The notes under the pieces were generated by a model. It was not told where the DNA came from. It saw only the letters and a list, made by a program, of their open reading frames with translations, and ran no database searches. Both the position numbers and the translations under genes were made by a program. DNA of 10,179 nucleotides from Bdellovibrionota bacterium (lineage in GTDB: Bacteria > Bdellovibrionota_C > UBA2361 > JBIKWN01): assembly GCA_044356295.1 (NCBI GenBank), contig JBIKWN010000078.1, positions 1 through 10,179 of the forward strand, written 5' to 3'. Shown one piece after another: positions 7,461 to 10,179 of the stretch (the first letter of the stretch is position 1; the number at the start of each line of letters is the position of its first letter).

Positions 7461-8897
7461 TTACTGACCCTGCCCAAGCGAATAACCAGGTTTTCCATCA
7501 AAAGTATATAATTGCTCAGTTTTTACGAACTCAAGCCCTTTGGCATCAAGAGAAGACATTAATTGCGCAATGTCTGAATTAAGGACAACAGCCTCCTTCG
7601 CTTCAAATCGGCACCGAAAAAGATCCGTACAAAAGGTTTCAGGGAATCCATTGGGCCAAACCTTTACCCCTCTATTACTCATCATTATGAGTTTAAGCCC
7701 TCTGACCTCTGCAGCTATCAATGCATCTGCAAGATCGTTCGGTAAAAGTTTTGATTCAATAAAAACATCAACACCAACTAATTTTTTTTCTTGGTGAGTT
7801 CTTTTTATATTTTTTGAACTTATTGCTTCATGACTTCCATAATGAGCAACAGGCAGAATGGTTGGCACCTGACCTAATCTTTCAATAACTGCATGAGTAA
7901 ATCTATCTGTACCAACTTTTTCTTTACTACTTTCAGCCTTAAAAATATCTCCGGTATGAATGCCATCTTCTAATGTTTTTAAAAGTGCATTATGAATTTT
8001 TTCCGCAACTTTATTTTTTCCAAGATGCACTAACATCATGATCGCACCTTGTAAAAGACCTGTTGGATTTGCAATATTTTGACCAGCAATATCAGGCGCC
8101 GATCCATGGATGGCTTCAAACATAGAAACGTTATCGCCGATATTCGATGAACCAGCTAATCCGACTGAACCGTTCACTTCAGCCGCTACATCAGAGATAA
8201 TATCCCCGTAAAGATTTAAGGTAACGATGACATCAAAATCTTGAGGACGGGTCGCAAGACGAGCAGTACCAATATCAATAATATAGTGCTCCGTTGAAAT
8301 TGTAGGATAGTCTTTTGCAACTTCATTAAAAATTAAATGAAACATACCATCGGTAAGCTTCATGATATTGTCCTTTGAAAAGCAGGTTACTTTCTTTCGA
8401 TTATTTTGAATTGCATATTCAAATGCATATCGAACAATTTTTTCGCACCCTTGATAAGAAAGGATTTTCAAACACTCGACAACATCTTGCGTTTGGCGGT
8501 ACTCAATACCAGCATATAAATCTTCTTCATTCTCTCTAATAATGACGAGATCCATTTTAGGATGACTACTTTTTATAACAGGATAATACGAGATATTTGG
8601 ACGAACATTTGCATACAGTCCAAGAGTTTTTCGAATCGTTACATTAAGACTTTTGAAACCGCCTCCTTGTGGAGTAGTAATAGGGCTCTTCAAAAAAACC
8701 TTTGTTCGTCGAAGTGATTCCCACGATGATGGCTCTATGCCAGATGTAAACCCTTGCTCATACACAGAGCTTCCTATCTTAATCTCTTCATAGACGAGAT
8801 CAGCTCCAGCAGCGTCGAGGATTGAAACAACTGACTGCATAATTTCAGGACCTATACCGTCTCCGTATGCTATGGTGATTGGAGTTTTCATGTTCAT
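7461..8897 (-). CDS. icd: Isocitrate dehydrogenase, long form (~480 aa) with C-terminal extension
   Basis: Motifs YGDGIGPEI, KSPITTPQGGGFKSLNVTIRK (isocitrate-binding S-x-N), IIRENEEDLYAG, SKDNIMKLTDG, NLYGDIISD and FEAIHGSAPDIAGQNIANP, plus a C-terminal domain (LVGVDVFI...MMSNRGVKVWP...GYSLGQGQ). Start placed at ATG 8897 (or ATG 8891) rather than the track's TTG 8906, which overlaps the -10 box. Confidence 0.95.
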   Translation of the reverse strand: MNMKTPITIAYGDGIGPEIMQSVVSILDAAGADLVYEEIKIGSSVYEQGFTSGIEPSSWESLRRTKVFLKSPITTPQGGGFKSLNVTIRKTLGLYANVRPNISYYPVIKSSHPKMDLVIIRENEEDLYAGIEYRQTQDVVECLKILSYQGCEKIVRYAFEYAIQNNRKKVTCFSKDNIMKLTDGMFHLIFNEVAKDYPTISTEHYIIDIGTARLATRPQDFDVIVTLNLYGDIISDVAAEVNGSVGLAGSSNIGDNVSMFEAIHGSAPDIAGQNIANPTGLLQGAIMMLVHLGKNKVAEKIHNALLKTLEDGIHTGDIFKAESSKEKVGTDRFTHAVIERLGQVPTILPVAHYGSHEAISSKNIKRTHQEKKLVGVDVFIESKLLPNDLADALIAAEVRGLKLIMMSNRGVKVWPNGFPETFCTDLFRCRFEAKEAVVLNSDIAQLMSSLDAKGLEFVKTEQLYTFDGKPGYSLGQGQ

Positions 8898-8905
8898 AGG
8901 ACTCA

Positions 8906-8911
8906 AGTATA
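8906..8911 (-). promoter_or_regulatory. Putative -10 box (TATACT) for icd
   Basis: Minus strand reads TATACT-TGAGTCCT-ATG (8 nt to ATG 8897). No convincing SD or -35. Confidence 0.5.
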
Positions 8912-8950
8912 CGCTGATATAAGCACTTGATCGAGTAATTCACCCTTAGA

Positions 8951-8978
8951 TTTACTCTAAAACATAATCAGTTATAAT
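8951..8978 (+). promoter_or_regulatory. Putative sigma70-type promoter for a leaderless ychF transcript
   Basis: TTTACT (8951-8956), 16 nt, consensus TATAAT (8973-8978), 6 nt, ATG 8985. No SD. Back-to-back with the icd promoter. Confidence 0.6.
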
Positions 8979-8984
8979 CAATGT

Positions 8985-10100
8985 ATGGGATTTACATGTG
9001 GTATCATCGGACTTCCGAACGTTGGAAAGTCAACAATTTTCAGTGCACTTACATCTGCGAAAGCGGCTGCGGCAAATTTTCCTTTTTGCACTATAGAACC
9101 AAATACTGGTGCAGTTCCCGTCCCTGATCCACGCCTTGAAATATTAGCTGGATTAGCAAAATCAGAGAAACTTCTTCCGACTCAAATGACTTTTGTTGAT
9201 ATCGCAGGTCTCATCCGAGGAGCTTCAAAAGGTGAAGGTCTTGGCAACCAATTCTTAGGTCATATCCGCTCAGTTGATGCTGTTGCTCATGTTGTCAGAT
9301 GTTTTATTGACGATAATATTATTCACGTTGATGGTGGTGTCGATCCATTACGTGACATCGACACAATTGATACAGAACTTGTTTTCTCTGATTATGAAGT
9401 TGTGCAAAAGCAGCTTCTTCGCCTGGATAAAGCAGCAAGAGCTGGTGATAAAGATGCCAAAACAAAAGTTGAAGTACTAAAAAAACTAGAACCTGTCCTT
9501 GCTCAAGGTAAAGCTGCAAGAACTGTTATCTTTGAAGGGATTGAAGCAGAAGATGCAAAACCTATTCTCAACATGCTTTTAACAAGTAAGCCGGTACTGT
9601 TTGTTGCAAATGTTTCTGAAGATGAACTTGGATATCAGCCAATTGAAGGTGGTCCAAAGCCTGTCGATATTGTTTATACCCATGCAAAAAAACTTGATGC
9701 AGGACTTGTTATCATCTCTGGGAAAGTTGAAAGCGAACTTTCTGAGCTAGGTGCAGATGAACGAAAGGAATTTCTACAAGAAATGGGTGCTACTGAATCT
9801 GGACTAGATAGATTAGTGGTTGCCGGATACCAAACACTGGGGCTTATTACTTTTTTTACTGTAGGACCAAAAGAATGCCATGCATGGACTGCTGAGACCG
9901 GCATCAAAGCCCCGCAAGCTGCAGGTAAGATTCATTCTGATTTTGAGAAGGGCTTTATTAGAGCTGAAGTTACTAGCTACAGCGACTATGTCGGATTTGG
10001 TGGTGAGTTAAAAGCGAAAGAAGCTGGCAAGCTGAGAGTTGAAGGTAAGGATTACACTGTTCAAGATGGTGATATCGTGCACTTTCGGTTTAATGTTTAA
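8985..10100 (+). CDS. ychF: Ribosome-binding, redox-regulated ATPase YchF (Obg family)
   Basis: 371 aa. G1 GLPNVGKST, G2 ANFPFCTIEPN, G3 DIAGL, GEGLGNQFL, the ATP-specific G4 variant NVSE, and a C-terminal TGS domain (APQAAGKIHSDFEKGFIRAEV...DGDIVHFRFNV). Confidence 0.98.
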   Translation: MGFTCGIIGLPNVGKSTIFSALTSAKAAAANFPFCTIEPNTGAVPVPDPRLEILAGLAKSEKLLPTQMTFVDIAGLIRGASKGEGLGNQFLGHIRSVDAVAHVVRCFIDDNIIHVDGGVDPLRDIDTIDTELVFSDYEVVQKQLLRLDKAARAGDKDAKTKVEVLKKLEPVLAQGKAARTVIFEGIEAEDAKPILNMLLTSKPVLFVANVSEDELGYQPIEGGPKPVDIVYTHAKKLDAGLVIISGKVESELSELGADERKEFLQEMGATESGLDRLVVAGYQTLGLITFFTVGPKECHAWTAETGIKAPQAAGKIHSDFEKGFIRAEVTSYSDYVGFGGELKAKEAGKLRVEGKDYTVQDGDIVHFRFNV

Positions 10101-10132
10101 ACTTAAAATCATAATTGTCCGGATTTTTAGTA

Positions 10133-10179
10133 ACGCGAAGGTCGCGAAGTACGCGAAGGATTTAATTAGATCCTTCGCG
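10133..10179. repeat. 9-bp-period CGCGAAG tandem repeat forming one arm of a REP-like palindrome, truncated by the window end
   Basis: CGCGAAG at 10134, 10143 and 10152. Perfect 10-bp inverted repeat CGCGAAGGAT(10152-10161)/ATCCTTCGCG(10170-10179) around TTAATTAG. Confidence 0.8.

Noticed and set aside
8898..8906. TTG start at 8906 for icd given by the ORF track
   Set aside because: It overlaps the TATACT -10 box, and in-frame ATGs at 8897 and 8891 fit the family N-terminus better.
5683..9907. Short ORFs 5683-5928, 7540-7797, 9274-9480, 9319-9519 and 9674-9907
   Set aside because: Shadow ORFs fully inside the conserved cystathionine enzyme, icd or ychF genes.
10133..10179. CRISPR array interpretation of the terminal repeats
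   Set aside because: The units are 7-9 bp with no spacers, and there are no cas genes in the window.
1..10179. tRNA, rRNA, transposase or integrase genes
   Set aside because: No cloverleaf, rRNA-like or recombinase/transposase motifs were seen, and the intergenic gaps are short.

Overview
AT-rich bacterial chromosomal window with five minus-strand genes and one plus-strand gene. Left to right: (1) the 5' part of a membrane-anchored bacterial alpha-2-macroglobulin-family gene (1..1869, runs off the left edge, absent from the ORF track); (2) an 885-aa unannotated protein that appears to fuse a P-loop nucleotide/polynucleotide kinase domain to a divergent RelA/SpoT/Mesh1-type HD hydrolase domain; (3) a cystathionine gamma-synthase/lyase; (4) a divergent CorA-superfamily two-TM protein with GIS in place of the GMN motif and an Asn-heptad stalk extension; (5) a long-form isocitrate dehydrogenase with an NAD-type Asp-Ile signature; (6) ychF, transcribed divergently. 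The window ends inside a palindrome built from 9-bp-period CGCGAAG repeats. Five of the six genes have a TAnnnT -10 box 6-13 nt before the start codon and no Shine-Dalgarno site, which suggests leaderless or very short-leader transcripts. The strongest novelty candidates are the kinase-HD fusion and the non-canonical CorA-like protein. All family assignments come from motif recognition by eye; no searches were run.
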